A DNA stretch of 64,000 nucleotides, taken from sequence record NC_031127.1; one strand, 5' to 3'. Both the position numbers and the translations under genes were made by a program. This document shows positions 45,875 through 54,375 of this stretch, piece after piece. The notes below the pieces were generated by a model. The model saw nothing but the letters and a program-made list of their open reading frames with translations, searched no databases and was not told the origin of the DNA. Position 1 is the first letter of the stretch. Each line of letters starts with the position of its first letter.

Positions 45875-46207
45875 ATGTTAAACCCTAAAATTTCGTTTAT
45901 CCCGGAAATCGTCTGTGCGCAAGAATACGCACGGGTGATACCGTTCTTAAAGGACACACTGATGGCTGAGCCAAAGCATGTGAATGTGGGGACGATTGGT
46001 CACGTTGATCATTCCCGTTCCGGTATCTCGGCGTGTATTTCTGGCGCACTGGGTACCTTACCAAAGACCACGACCCACTGGGATGTGATCGGTGTTAAAC
46101 CGCAGCAACCGTTGAACGCAATGAATGCGAGCATGGTGGAGCTGATTGAAGACGCGGTGCTTAACGGCCGAGACGTTTACGTTGCGCACGTTCACCCGAA
46201 GGTGTAG
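45875..46207 (+). CDS. Small protein carrying an EF-Tu N-terminal motif
   Basis: [12 protein letters not shown] is identical to the EF-Tu G1 region, but GKT is replaced by SRS. A possible second start lies at 45962. Confidence 0.7.
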   Translation: [110 protein letters not shown]

Positions 46208-46209
46208 CA

Positions 46210-46722
46210 ATGAGTCAGGTAGACATCTACGGTGAGGAGCACACGGTAGATGAGCGCAATCGGGTGGAATGGGCAATACTCGATAACCATCGTCGTAAGC
46301 CTTACCAGTTCCTGCTGTGCGAAGAACTGGGGCCGTATGCTTGGCATACCCCTAAAGAAATCGCACAGGCTATCAAAGACCGGATGTGGAGCATTTCACC
46401 ACGCGGGTTGGAACTGGCCTTAAAGCTCAAGATACCGGCCATCGGTATCGACCTTTGGGATGACGATGTTTATGCCAAAGACATCAAAGATAAAAACGGC
46501 TTTGCGGTCAATGTAAGCCGGAGTTTCTTCTTACGTGAAACCAAGATGGTAGACACGATAGAGGAGTACCGACAGAAAGGTCGGTTGGCCGTCATGTTAG
46601 GTGACGCGCATTTACGTACCGTTGCGACAAAAGAGCTGGGTGAACCTTCTTTGCTGTGGCAGCGGTTTCGAAAAGACAAACAAGTGGTTATTTACCGTAG
46701 CCCTTGTAAAGAAATTGACTAA
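46210..46722 (+). CDS. Putative TraB/TIKI/ChaN-superfamily-like protein
   Basis: Pattern LL.EE..IGID..RE.KM...I..VMLGDAHL. Confidence 0.45.
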   Translation: MSQVDIYGEEHTVDERNRVEWAILDNHRRKPYQFLLCEELGPYAWHTPKEIAQAIKDRMWSISPRGLELALKLKIPAIGIDLWDDDVYAKDIKDKNGFAVNVSRSFFLRETKMVDTIEEYRQKGRLAVMLGDAHLRTVATKELGEPSLLWQRFRKDKQVVIYRSPCKEID

Positions 46723-46734
46723 GGATAACAGGCC

Positions 46735-47127
46735 ATGACTTTTAGACCCGCCATTCAAACTGTTTACGAAGACGAAGCGAAAGTGCTACAAATTACACAA
46801 CTGGCGCACGAAATGATGCTGCGTTGGAAGTGCACCCAAATCGGCAACACCATGTTGACCCGCCTTAATTTCCTGCTGCGCATGGAGCCGGAGATTGAAA
46901 TGGCCAACATCACACCGAAGTACCTTCGTCCGTCTCTGTTCCGTGAAGTCAAAATGTTGACCCACATTGGTGTCGATGTGCGGAAGGTCTGGCCTGCTAT
47001 GATGAACCCGCAGAAATGCGAACAAATTACATCAACCATCAATCTTGTGTCTTGCCTTCGCCGTAGTGGAATCCACCACGAAGGGTTGGAAGCCGCATTT
47101 GCTTCCTGGGTAAGGAAAAATAAATGA
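46735..47127 (+). CDS. Hypothetical protein
   Basis: 130 aa with SD aagga. Confidence 0.7.
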   Translation: MTFRPAIQTVYEDEAKVLQITQLAHEMMLRWKCTQIGNTMLTRLNFLLRMEPEIEMANITPKYLRPSLFREVKMLTHIGVDVRKVWPAMMNPQKCEQITSTINLVSCLRRSGIHHEGLEAAFASWVRKNK

Positions 47128-47390
47128 CCAAAGTTATACCGGAGCATGTCTCCGAAGCCTTAAAAGAGTTGTCGGGTGTTCACCGACCGCTCATCAGTAG
47201 CTGTACCGAGGCGGAGCGCACATACCTCCACTCGACGTTAGCCATTGCATTACGGTGGTACGAAAAGGATACCCGGCCGGTAGCGGAGGGTTACAAACGT
47301 ACCTTCTACTACACCCGTAAAGACGAGTTCCCCCACACCTACGTCTTTACGCATTCCGATGAGATTATCAACCATGCTCATCTTCCGTGA
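47124..47390 (+). CDS. Hypothetical protein
   Basis: 88 aa with ATGA overlap. Confidence 0.6.
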   Translation: MTKVIPEHVSEALKELSGVHRPLISSCTEAERTYLHSTLAIALRWYEKDTRPVAEGYKRTFYYTRKDEFPHTYVFTHSDEIINHAHLP

Positions 47391-47859
47391 TGAACGCCAC
47401 GTTGAGGGCGATTTGTTTAATGCTCCAGAAACGTACAAAGTCATCACGATAAACTGCGTCGGAGCAATGGGCAAGGGTATTGCGCTTGCCTGTCGCGAAC
47501 GTTATCCCGATTTGTATGAAAACTATCGCACGCGTTGTCGTGCTGGTGAAATTACAATCGGGCACGTTTACCTCTACGAAGAGGAGAAGATTATTCTGCT
47601 GCCAACCAAGACCCACTTTAAGATGCGGTCTGAGTTGTCATTCGTCACGACAGGGATTGATGCGTTAGCCGACCTTGGGCGTGACCTGAACGAGTCCATT
47701 GCTATCCCGCCTTTGGGGATGGTAAATGGGTGGATGAAATGGAAAGAACGTGTAGAGGTTTATCATCACCTCTACAACCGGCTACAACCTGGAGAAACGA
47801 ACTATCGCGTATACTTGCCTTTAGCGTTAATCACAGAGGCAAAGAAAGCCTTAATCTAA
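47374..47859 (+). CDS. Macro-domain protein (Poa1p/TARG1/DarG-like ADP-ribose hydrolase)
   Basis: VEGDLF..INCVGAMGKGIAL..RERYP..LPTK.HF..SIAIPPLG..NG. The start could be 47359 or 47374. Confidence 0.88.
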   Translation: MLIFRDERHVEGDLFNAPETYKVITINCVGAMGKGIALACRERYPDLYENYRTRCRAGEITIGHVYLYEEEKIILLPTKTHFKMRSELSFVTTGIDALADLGRDLNESIAIPPLGMVNGWMKWKERVEVYHHLYNRLQPGETNYRVYLPLALITEAKKALI

Positions 47860-47974
47860 ACTTTCTTAAATAGATATTATCACATGGGCACGTACCAAGG
47901 AGTCATTGCTGTCCGCGCCGTTATTCATGTCGAGTAACGGAAAAGTATAAAGAACACCAACGGAGTATACGACG

Positions 47975-48739
47975 ATGTTACGTTTCATTCTTATTTGCTT
48001 GGCAACATTGCTGTCGTTTAACGCGGCTGCCATCACTTCGAGTCCAAAGAAGGACTACGCAACAGAGTTCAAGATGATTGAGGGCCGGTTTGAAAAGGTT
48101 CGCCCCCTCATCGTGAAAATCAGTAATGAGCAAGGCGTCCACAGTGGACTCATGACGACACTGATTTATAAGGAATCCACATTCAACCGCATGGCGGTGA
48201 ATAAACAGGGCAGTACGGCAAAAGGGCTCGTCGGTATGACTGACCCCACCAAGCGAGCGATGCTCAAAATGTACGGTAAGCAGCTTGGACTTGCCCGCAA
48301 TGCAGACATTCATAATTCGCGCGTGGCCATTAAATTAGCCTCGGCCTATCTTAACCATGTCGAAAACGCCATGACCAAACGCTTGAAGCGTCCTGTGTCT
48401 AACGGAGAAATTTATCTGGGCTACAAATTCGGCCCTGCGGGTGCTATCGCTATGCTCAAGAAGAAACCGTCTAAGGCGGCTCGTGAGCTTCGCTCCTATA
48501 AACGGGATGCGGCCTTTTATGGCGCGTTGGTTAAGCCTATCGATGCATCTGAACCAGTAAAACAAACTGCCGCAGTCAAACCTGACGACAGTGAGAAAGT
48601 CGCCGAACTCCAAGAGATTTGGCACACCTTGTACGGCACATATGCGCCGGTAACTCGCACCACGTTACTGGCCTCTACATTGACTATAGGAGCACCGCTT
48701 GAACATCGTCCAACAACCATGGTATCCCGCTTTATGTAA
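47975..48739 (+). CDS. Lytic transglycosylase (SLT domain) with N-terminal signal peptide
   Basis: Signal MLRFILICLATLLSFNAAA, catalytic KES.FN..A.N, A.GL motif and YL.Y..GP. Confidence 0.85.
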   Translation: MLRFILICLATLLSFNAAAITSSPKKDYATEFKMIEGRFEKVRPLIVKISNEQGVHSGLMTTLIYKESTFNRMAVNKQGSTAKGLVGMTDPTKRAMLKMYGKQLGLARNADIHNSRVAIKLASAYLNHVENAMTKRLKRPVSNGEIYLGYKFGPAGAIAMLKKKPSKAARELRSYKRDAAFYGALVKPIDASEPVKQTAAVKPDDSEKVAELQEIWHTLYGTYAPVTRTTLLASTLTIGAPLEHRPTTMVSRFM

Positions 48740-49211
48740 AGCGGCACAATTGACAGCCGGTGACATTCTGTCAATTGCGTTAGGGGCGGACACTATCGAC
48801 CCTGAAAAACCATTTACCCGAGAAGAGTTCTCGGAGCGCCACAACTTCTGGGATGCGTTTGAAAATGCGTTCGGTGATACCGAAGATGCAGAATTCGACT
48901 GGAACGCAAACCAAGCGGTCATGTGGATATGTGGCATGCGCCCGTATGTTGACGAAACCGAAGTCGGCCATGTCCTGACGTGGCGTCAAAGCCAAGCGTA
49001 CAATCGCGACCTGAGCTTCACCGAAGCGTATATGGAAGCGTCTGTTGCGTTGCAGAACATTTTCTGGGGTGAGTCAGCGTACGTTCAACGTTCGTTCCTG
49101 ACCATTCTGGAAAAGCTCAAGCAGACGCACAAAATCTGGCGCAGTGAAACGGCCCCAGAGCATCTGTTTGTGCTGGAGTACCAAGTGGTGCCTAACCAGC
49201 CGTTAGTGTAA
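48699..49211 (+). CDS. Hypothetical protein (start uncertain)
   Basis: Acidic ORF filling the gap before a terminator. It overlaps the SLT gene end, so the true start may be later. Confidence 0.6.
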   Translation: MNIVQQPWYPALCKAAQLTAGDILSIALGADTIDPEKPFTREEFSERHNFWDAFENAFGDTEDAEFDWNANQAVMWICGMRPYVDETEVGHVLTWRQSQAYNRDLSFTEAYMEASVALQNIFWGESAYVQRSFLTILEKLKQTHKIWRSETAPEHLFVLEYQVVPNQPLV

Positions 49212-49214
49212 CCG

Positions 49215-49250
49215 AAAACACCAGACCTTTCGGGGTCTGGTTGTTTTAAT
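49215..49250 (+). terminator. Intrinsic terminator
   Basis: ccagacc-tttcg-gggtctgg, extendable into aaaca/tgtttt, followed by a T-rich tail. Confidence 0.75.
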
Positions 49251-49279
49251 TTATTTTGCCCCCTACAAGGAGATTCTTT

Positions 49280-49768
49280 ATGTTTGCACGTTATCAACGC
49301 TGGGGACACAACGATCCCTATGCCTACTTCATGTTAAACGCACTGGTTGTCTGCACCCTCTTTTACGCTTACGGGGTGTTCGTGCTCAATCAAGACCCGG
49401 CAGGAGCTTTTCTGTTTGTCTACATCGGCATGTGGGTATTTTGTTGCAGCATCATGGCAATCCTCTACCGACTGACCATGGTCGAATACTGGGTAGACCA
49501 CTCTGGTTACACGCTTGAAGAGTTGAACTGGCTGCAACGTCTTGCGGCAGAGGAAGTGCGTGGGTTGTACAAGACCGCTGATTGGATGGACTTGCGCAAT
49601 GCGGCAAAACGCGTTCAGCGTGAGTTGCCAAACTTTGACATGGATTACGCGATCATGGCCATTATTTGGGCGCAAGGCAAACGGAACAAACCGGTCAGGG
49701 TCTGTGAGGACGCCACCGATTTCATCGCGTTCAACCCAAAGATATGGCACATCGTCAATTACGTTTAA
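49280..49768 (+). CDS. Membrane protein (2 TM)
   Basis: Start reassigned to ATG 49280 (SD aaggag). Two hydrophobic helices followed by a soluble domain. Confidence 0.7.
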   Translation: MFARYQRWGHNDPYAYFMLNALVVCTLFYAYGVFVLNQDPAGAFLFVYIGMWVFCCSIMAILYRLTMVEYWVDHSGYTLEELNWLQRLAAEEVRGLYKTADWMDLRNAAKRVQRELPNFDMDYAIMAIIWAQGKRNKPVRVCEDATDFIAFNPKIWHIVNYV

Positions 49769-49777
49769 GGAAAAATA

Positions 49778-50344
49778 TTGATGGCTAATACATCGCTCAT
49801 TAAGTTGGCAGAAATCAGAAAGCCGGTTCATCCGTTCCGGCTATACATTCTCACCCGTTGGCGTTTCCTCTCCACGTACTTGGTACTGGTGATGTTGTGT
49901 CTCATCTCCTCGGTCATTCTCTCACTGCTGACCAACTGGAGTGCGTTTGATCTGTTGGTGTTTGAATCCTTTGTCATTCCGGTACTCATCACACTCAGCG
50001 TGACGGGATACCTGAAACGACGTTGGATACAGAAATCTACACTGACCACGGATGATGTTTACGAACTGGTCGGCTATGGGAAGTGGCTGGTGCGCAAATA
50101 CGGCAAAAGGATGGAGTGGCCAACGATTTGCGCGGCCGCATCTAATCCTGAACCCAAAGTAGGGTCGCAGGCAGGATACTCAAGCCCGCCACGTTTCGAC
50201 CGTGAGTTTCCACAGGAGGCTGTGCTTGGTGGTATTCTTTGTGCCATGGTGAAAGAAGGCGGTTGGGATTCTTTACCGCAAGAAGCCATCAACGCCATGT
50301 TCTATTACCCGAACATCTACAAGCCGTTCTACGGCCACTATTAA
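49778..50344 (+). CDS. Membrane protein (2 TM), possible paralog of upstream gene
   Basis: Two hydrophobic helices followed by a W+..S..T..++..L segment similar to 49280..49768. Confidence 0.7.
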   Translation: MMANTSLIKLAEIRKPVHPFRLYILTRWRFLSTYLVLVMLCLISSVILSLLTNWSAFDLLVFESFVIPVLITLSVTGYLKRRWIQKSTLTTDDVYELVGYGKWLVRKYGKRMEWPTICAAASNPEPKVGSQAGYSSPPRFDREFPQEAVLGGILCAMVKEGGWDSLPQEAINAMFYYPNIYKPFYGHY

Positions 50345-50396
50345 TTTTACGTAATCCACCCTTTTAATGACTATCTAAAACACAAGGAATAACAAC

Positions 50397-51278
50397 ATGT
50401 TTCATGCTTCCGTAATCAAAGCCCTCGTAGCCCGTATCCAATCTCGTGACTTCTCTTATCCGCTGAATGCACTGAATGCGCTCAGTAACCTCATCGTCAT
50501 GCGCAACGCCGGTCTGAACACGGTTACGGTTTCTGAACTCGAAACGCTGCTCGGGTGTGAGCTGGAAAAGGCATTCCCGCTGCCTGCCATTCAAATCGTC
50601 GTTGACGGCGTTGAAAACACCGTGGCCATCAACGGTCACAAATTCCACACGCCGGATGAAGAAGCGGCGAAGCTGACGTGGCGTCCACACCCAGCATGGG
50701 GCATTGTGGTCAAAGACGAAGCGGGTGTTTACCAGCTTATCGCCTCCGCTGACCCGTACCGTATTCCGCGTGGTGAACTGTCTATTCCGTTTGACTATGC
50801 CGAGTACGAAGAATCCCTCGGTGCTATCAAGCAGGACAACATGCTGATGTCCCGCGGCCAGGTTATCTGGGAAATCCGTAATTGGTCTGACGTGTCGAAG
50901 ATTCTCAACTCCTGCGAATATTTCGAAATGGGTATTCAGCGTCGTCATCCACAGTTTAAGGATGAAATCCCCACCCTACTCGGCAACGAAGACGATCTGA
51001 AAACCACCTTCGTTGATATCAACCTGCTGGAAGAACGTGGTCTGGAAATCGGGGCTTACGGCAACTCCGTGCTGGAACTGGTTGACCGTCTGATTAAAGT
51101 CGAAGGTGAAACCGTGAAGGTGGACATCGATGAAGAACAGATGGCTATCGTAGCGAAGATTCACAAAGAGCTGGGCATCGATGCAATCGTCGAGCAGCTC
51201 CAGCGTGTCCCGGCCAAGAAGCGTACCCGCAAAGAAGTGCGCGGTATTATGGCTGCGTTCCTCGCTCAAGACAAATAA
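50397..51278 (+). CDS. Hypothetical protein
   Basis: 293 aa with SD aagga and highly biased codon usage. Confidence 0.8.
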   Translation: MFHASVIKALVARIQSRDFSYPLNALNALSNLIVMRNAGLNTVTVSELETLLGCELEKAFPLPAIQIVVDGVENTVAINGHKFHTPDEEAAKLTWRPHPAWGIVVKDEAGVYQLIASADPYRIPRGELSIPFDYAEYEESLGAIKQDNMLMSRGQVIWEIRNWSDVSKILNSCEYFEMGIQRRHPQFKDEIPTLLGNEDDLKTTFVDINLLEERGLEIGAYGNSVLELVDRLIKVEGETVKVDIDEEQMAIVAKIHKELGIDAIVEQLQRVPAKKRTRKEVRGIMAAFLAQDK

Positions 51279-51324
51279 ATAAAAAGCCTACCTACCCCGT
51301 CGGGGTAGGTAGCTTTATTTTTTT
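51273..51324. terminator. Bidirectional terminator (copy 1 of a repeated element)
   Basis: aaataaataaaaagc-ctacctacccc-gtc-ggggtaggtag-ctttattttttt, between convergent genes. Confidence 0.9.
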
Positions 51325-51940
51325 AATTTGTTAAGCCAGCATCTTTGATGATTTTCAACATGTTGTCGTTCATCACCTGCAACTCATTCGCACGCTGCGT
51401 TGCTGCTGCCAATTGCTCAGTCAGCGGAGCCGATTGACGAATGTTCGCTTTGCGTCGTGCTTCCATCTTGATATGGTCTTCCTCGGTGACAGTCCCCTCG
51501 TATTGCATGACGGTCAACTCACCGGTGGTTTCCACACCCACTTGCGATTTAATCAGCGCAATGATGTCATCATTCAGCTTACCCGCATCCACATAACTCG
51601 GCGTCAACCCCAAATCGAACACATACACATTACGGGTATACGAAATCGAGTTTTGTCCGGGGTAATCTGCCAAGAACGTGTTGGGCACATAACGGACTTC
51701 CCCATCGGTCGATTTGAACGTTAAGATTGCAGCCTTAACATCCGCATCGTCGAGATAGTCCTGCCGTGATAGCCCTTTTGGTTCGTAATACTTGAGATAA
51801 ACATCCTCACCATCACGTACCAGTTCGGGGAACGTACGAATGGCCTCGAGTTTGAAGACCACGTTGCTCGGAAACTCGTAGGGGTTATTCGCGGTGAACA
51901 ACCCGGCTAAGTTTACCTCTGGCGTTAAAGGTATCCGCAT
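51323..51940 (-). CDS. Probable virion structural protein
   Basis: 205 aa with SD aggag, co-transcribed with the upstream 452-aa gene. Function inferred from context only. Confidence 0.6.
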   Translation of the reverse strand: MRIPLTPEVNLAGLFTANNPYEFPSNVVFKLEAIRTFPELVRDGEDVYLKYYEPKGLSRQDYLDDADVKAAILTFKSTDGEVRYVPNTFLADYPGQNSISYTRNVYVFDLGLTPSYVDAGKLNDDIIALIKSQVGVETTGELTVMQYEGTVTEEDHIKMEARRKANIRQSAPLTEQLAAATQRANELQVMNDNMLKIIKDAGLTN

Positions 51941-51950
51941 TTACGACTCC

Positions 51951-53309
51951 TTATTGCCAAACAGCGCTACGTGCCAGAACACGGAACTCCACGTTCTCGA
52001 ACTCAAAGACCCAGAAGGTTAACCCGTCGTGATCTTCATCTTCCATTTTCACCACGTTCAGGGATGAGTTATATGGATGGTACTCCTCGGCCGCAATCAA
52101 TGCTTCGAGGTATAAGCTCAACCATTCTGTGGTCGGTTTTGAAACACGGGAGATGTCCGGGTTGCTGCTGCCAATCAACGCGTAGTCTGGAATGATGTCC
52201 ATCAAGGACGCTTTCTTCTTATCATTCTCAGGGCCAGCGATTGCGATAGCATTGAGCGACTTATAAATGCTCGGCAAGTCAGAAACTTCCGTGGTCGGTA
52301 ACGGGATAGTACCGTTATTTTTCTCAGCAGCGGTGAGCGCGCGCCATTCGCCGAATTTGGAAATGGCTTTTACCTGGAGATCATATGGGAACAGGGGCAA
52401 ATATAATGCTGCGACGTCTTCTTGGTTTGGAATCCCTCGGATAGACCAGCCAGGAATGATGGTGAATTTGGTAGTGGTGAAGATTTCCGGGAAGACCGGC
52501 ACCCAATCCTTATTCCCATAATCCGAGTTCGCCAGAATGTAATCGCGTAATGCTTGTTTCTGGCGAGTTGGGTTCAAACCTGCCCGACCGTAGATTATGA
52601 GGGTCATCGGAATGACCAATGTAGCCTCGTAGTCCTCGCGGTCGTGCCAGGTGTAGTTGTGCGTTAAACGCGCCGTAAATGGATAACCGTCAGCGAGCAC
52701 GTTGACTTTATCGTCGTGGTCGGGTAAGTTGAAAGATTCCATCGCTTTTGCGACAACCGTTTTGACAGCCTGGAAGGTGTCAACCGGCATGATGGGCATC
52801 TGCACTTCAATTTCCCAGCCAAGATAATCTTGATCAAAATCAGCGTCTGAGAACCAAACCATAATTTGGTTATCAACATCGGATGGACTTTCTACTTTGT
52901 CCACCGTGGTTTCGAATTTCCAGCTCACCCAGCGTGGGAACCAGTTACCGTTTGCCTGAATCATGGCACCCGTCTGCACATTGCTGATTGTGGTTTGGAA
53001 TTGTCCCACTAACAAACGCTGAAACTCTGACTCGTCATTTTTCGTGTTGCCCAGAATCGCTTGGTTGTAAATCCACTGGGTCAGCGCGAGGACATGGTCA
53101 GTAAAGAGTGCCGGTACTTTTATCTTCGTCTCATCGCGAAGATACGTGAACGCCACTAATTCAACCTGAAGGTTAGCCTTAGCGAATTTTTGTTTATTCT
53201 TCGCAAAAGACCAACTTTGATCGGATAACTCACCTACTGGAGCAACTGCACCTTCAGGAGCGTTATCGATTAGTGCCGGTATTTCGATGAAGCCTTGTAA
53301 ATTGAACAT
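51951..53309 (-). CDS. Probable virion structural protein (452 aa)
   Basis: Start reassigned to ATG 53309 (MFNLQGFIEI, SD cggag). The longer track ORF would overlap the divergent gene. Confidence 0.7.
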   Translation of the reverse strand: MFNLQGFIEIPALIDNAPEGAVAPVGELSDQSWSFAKNKQKFAKANLQVELVAFTYLRDETKIKVPALFTDHVLALTQWIYNQAILGNTKNDESEFQRLLVGQFQTTISNVQTGAMIQANGNWFPRWVSWKFETTVDKVESPSDVDNQIMVWFSDADFDQDYLGWEIEVQMPIMPVDTFQAVKTVVAKAMESFNLPDHDDKVNVLADGYPFTARLTHNYTWHDREDYEATLVIPMTLIIYGRAGLNPTRQKQALRDYILANSDYGNKDWVPVFPEIFTTTKFTIIPGWSIRGIPNQEDVAALYLPLFPYDLQVKAISKFGEWRALTAAEKNNGTIPLPTTEVSDLPSIYKSLNAIAIAGPENDKKKASLMDIIPDYALIGSSNPDISRVSKPTTEWLSLYLEALIAAEEYHPYNSSLNVVKMEDEDHDGLTFWVFEFENVEFRVLARSAVWQ

Positions 53310-53331
53310 AAAAATAAACTCCGAGGTGAGC

Positions 53332-53820
53332 ATGATAGCTGCAATTATTAAACTGCTTCCTTTTCTCCAGTTGCTTCTAGAAGCATTCAAGCCGGGGGAT
53401 GGAGAAAAGGTAACCCGAGCCAATAAAATCACAGCACTCGCAATCGTTTTACTTCTGACGTATTCACTCTTTGTGTCGTACGCCTACGTTGACCAGTTTC
53501 ATAAATTGGTTCAGATTCGAGAACACGACCAGTACGTCGCTCGCCAGAACGACGAGCGTGGAGAGACCATCAAAACGCAGGCGGATGAGTTAAGAACGCT
53601 CTACAGCCGCATTTTCGAATGCTTGAGCAATCGACCATATGATGGCGCGAAGGGCGCAGCAAGTGTACCACCTCCTGCTCCAGTGGCGGTACCGCAAACA
53701 CCGGTTCACACCGAAACCAAAACCGCCGACAACAAGCGCGAGGCTGCTGCTAAGCCGGTAGGTGTAGTAGATATGAGTCAGTTCCGTCAAGAACTGCTCA
53801 AGAACTTAAACGAGGAGTGA
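53332..53820 (+). CDS. Putative inner-membrane spanin (Rz-like)
   Basis: Start ATG 53332 (SD gaggt). Single TM, periplasmic coiled coil and Pro-rich stretch, directly followed by a lipoprotein gene. Confidence 0.6.
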   Translation: MIAAIIKLLPFLQLLLEAFKPGDGEKVTRANKITALAIVLLLTYSLFVSYAYVDQFHKLVQIREHDQYVARQNDERGETIKTQADELRTLYSRIFECLSNRPYDGAKGAASVPPPAPVAVPQTPVHTETKTADNKREAAAKPVGVVDMSQFRQELLKNLNEE

Positions 53821-54287
53821 AAATGAGGGTCATGCTAATTTGCTTATCGCTGTTGCTCACAGCGTGTAGCAGCTGGGCACCCGTCAAGACGACCACTGCA
53901 AACACTGAGTGGTCGGTTCGTGAACTTGGACCACCCCCTGTTTATCCACAAGGGGTAGTAAATCTGGATGACCCGCGATACCGTTCGTGGGTGGCAGATG
54001 TTAATGCGTATGCGTACTACGTGTTCGTGTACGCCCGTAATCTTAACGATTACGCCAGAGTTCATGGATGGCGGCCACCGCAAGTTGCACCCATTTGTGA
54101 GAAGTTTGATTTGTGGGTGGTTCATCCCATTCCACAACGCATTACCTTGGACGAACGTGCTCGCCGTCCTGAGGACATCTCACGCGATTTGGCAACGCAA
54201 CTCAAGCGCATTCTACTGAACTACCGTGAAGATCGTAAGTCTTTCCAGAAAGCATACGAAGCCCACCTTAGCACATGCCTTAACTAA
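53817..54287 (+). CDS. Putative outer-membrane lipoprotein spanin (Rz1-like)
   Basis: Lipobox LLLTA-C, Pro-rich mature region, and overlap with the upstream TM gene. Confidence 0.6.
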   Translation: MKMRVMLICLSLLLTACSSWAPVKTTTANTEWSVRELGPPPVYPQGVVNLDDPRYRSWVADVNAYAYYVFVYARNLNDYARVHGWRPPQVAPICEKFDLWVVHPIPQRITLDERARRPEDISRDLATQLKRILLNYREDRKSFQKAYEAHLSTCLN

Positions 54288-54291
54288 AACA

Positions 54292-54332
54292 CGACACCTA
54301 TTCCTTCGGGGGTAGGTGTCGCTTTATTTTTA
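54292..54332 (+). terminator. Intrinsic terminator
   Basis: cgacacctattcc-ttcg-ggggtaggtgtcg (G-U pairs) followed by ctttattttt. Confidence 0.85.
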
Positions 54333-54375
54333 CACAACCAACCCATCTAATGTATACCCACAGGAGAGTTTAATC

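Noticed and set aside
45875-46207. Annotating the ORF as tuf (EF-Tu) or a tuf pseudogene
   Set aside because: Only a 12-residue motif matches, GKT is absent, and there are no further EF-Tu fragments in flanking frames.
51951-53432. 493-aa version of the minus-strand ORF overlapping the Rz-like gene
   Set aside because: A better SD and start at 53309 removes the overlap. The same logic was applied to the track starts at 41177, 54316, 56600 and 59274.
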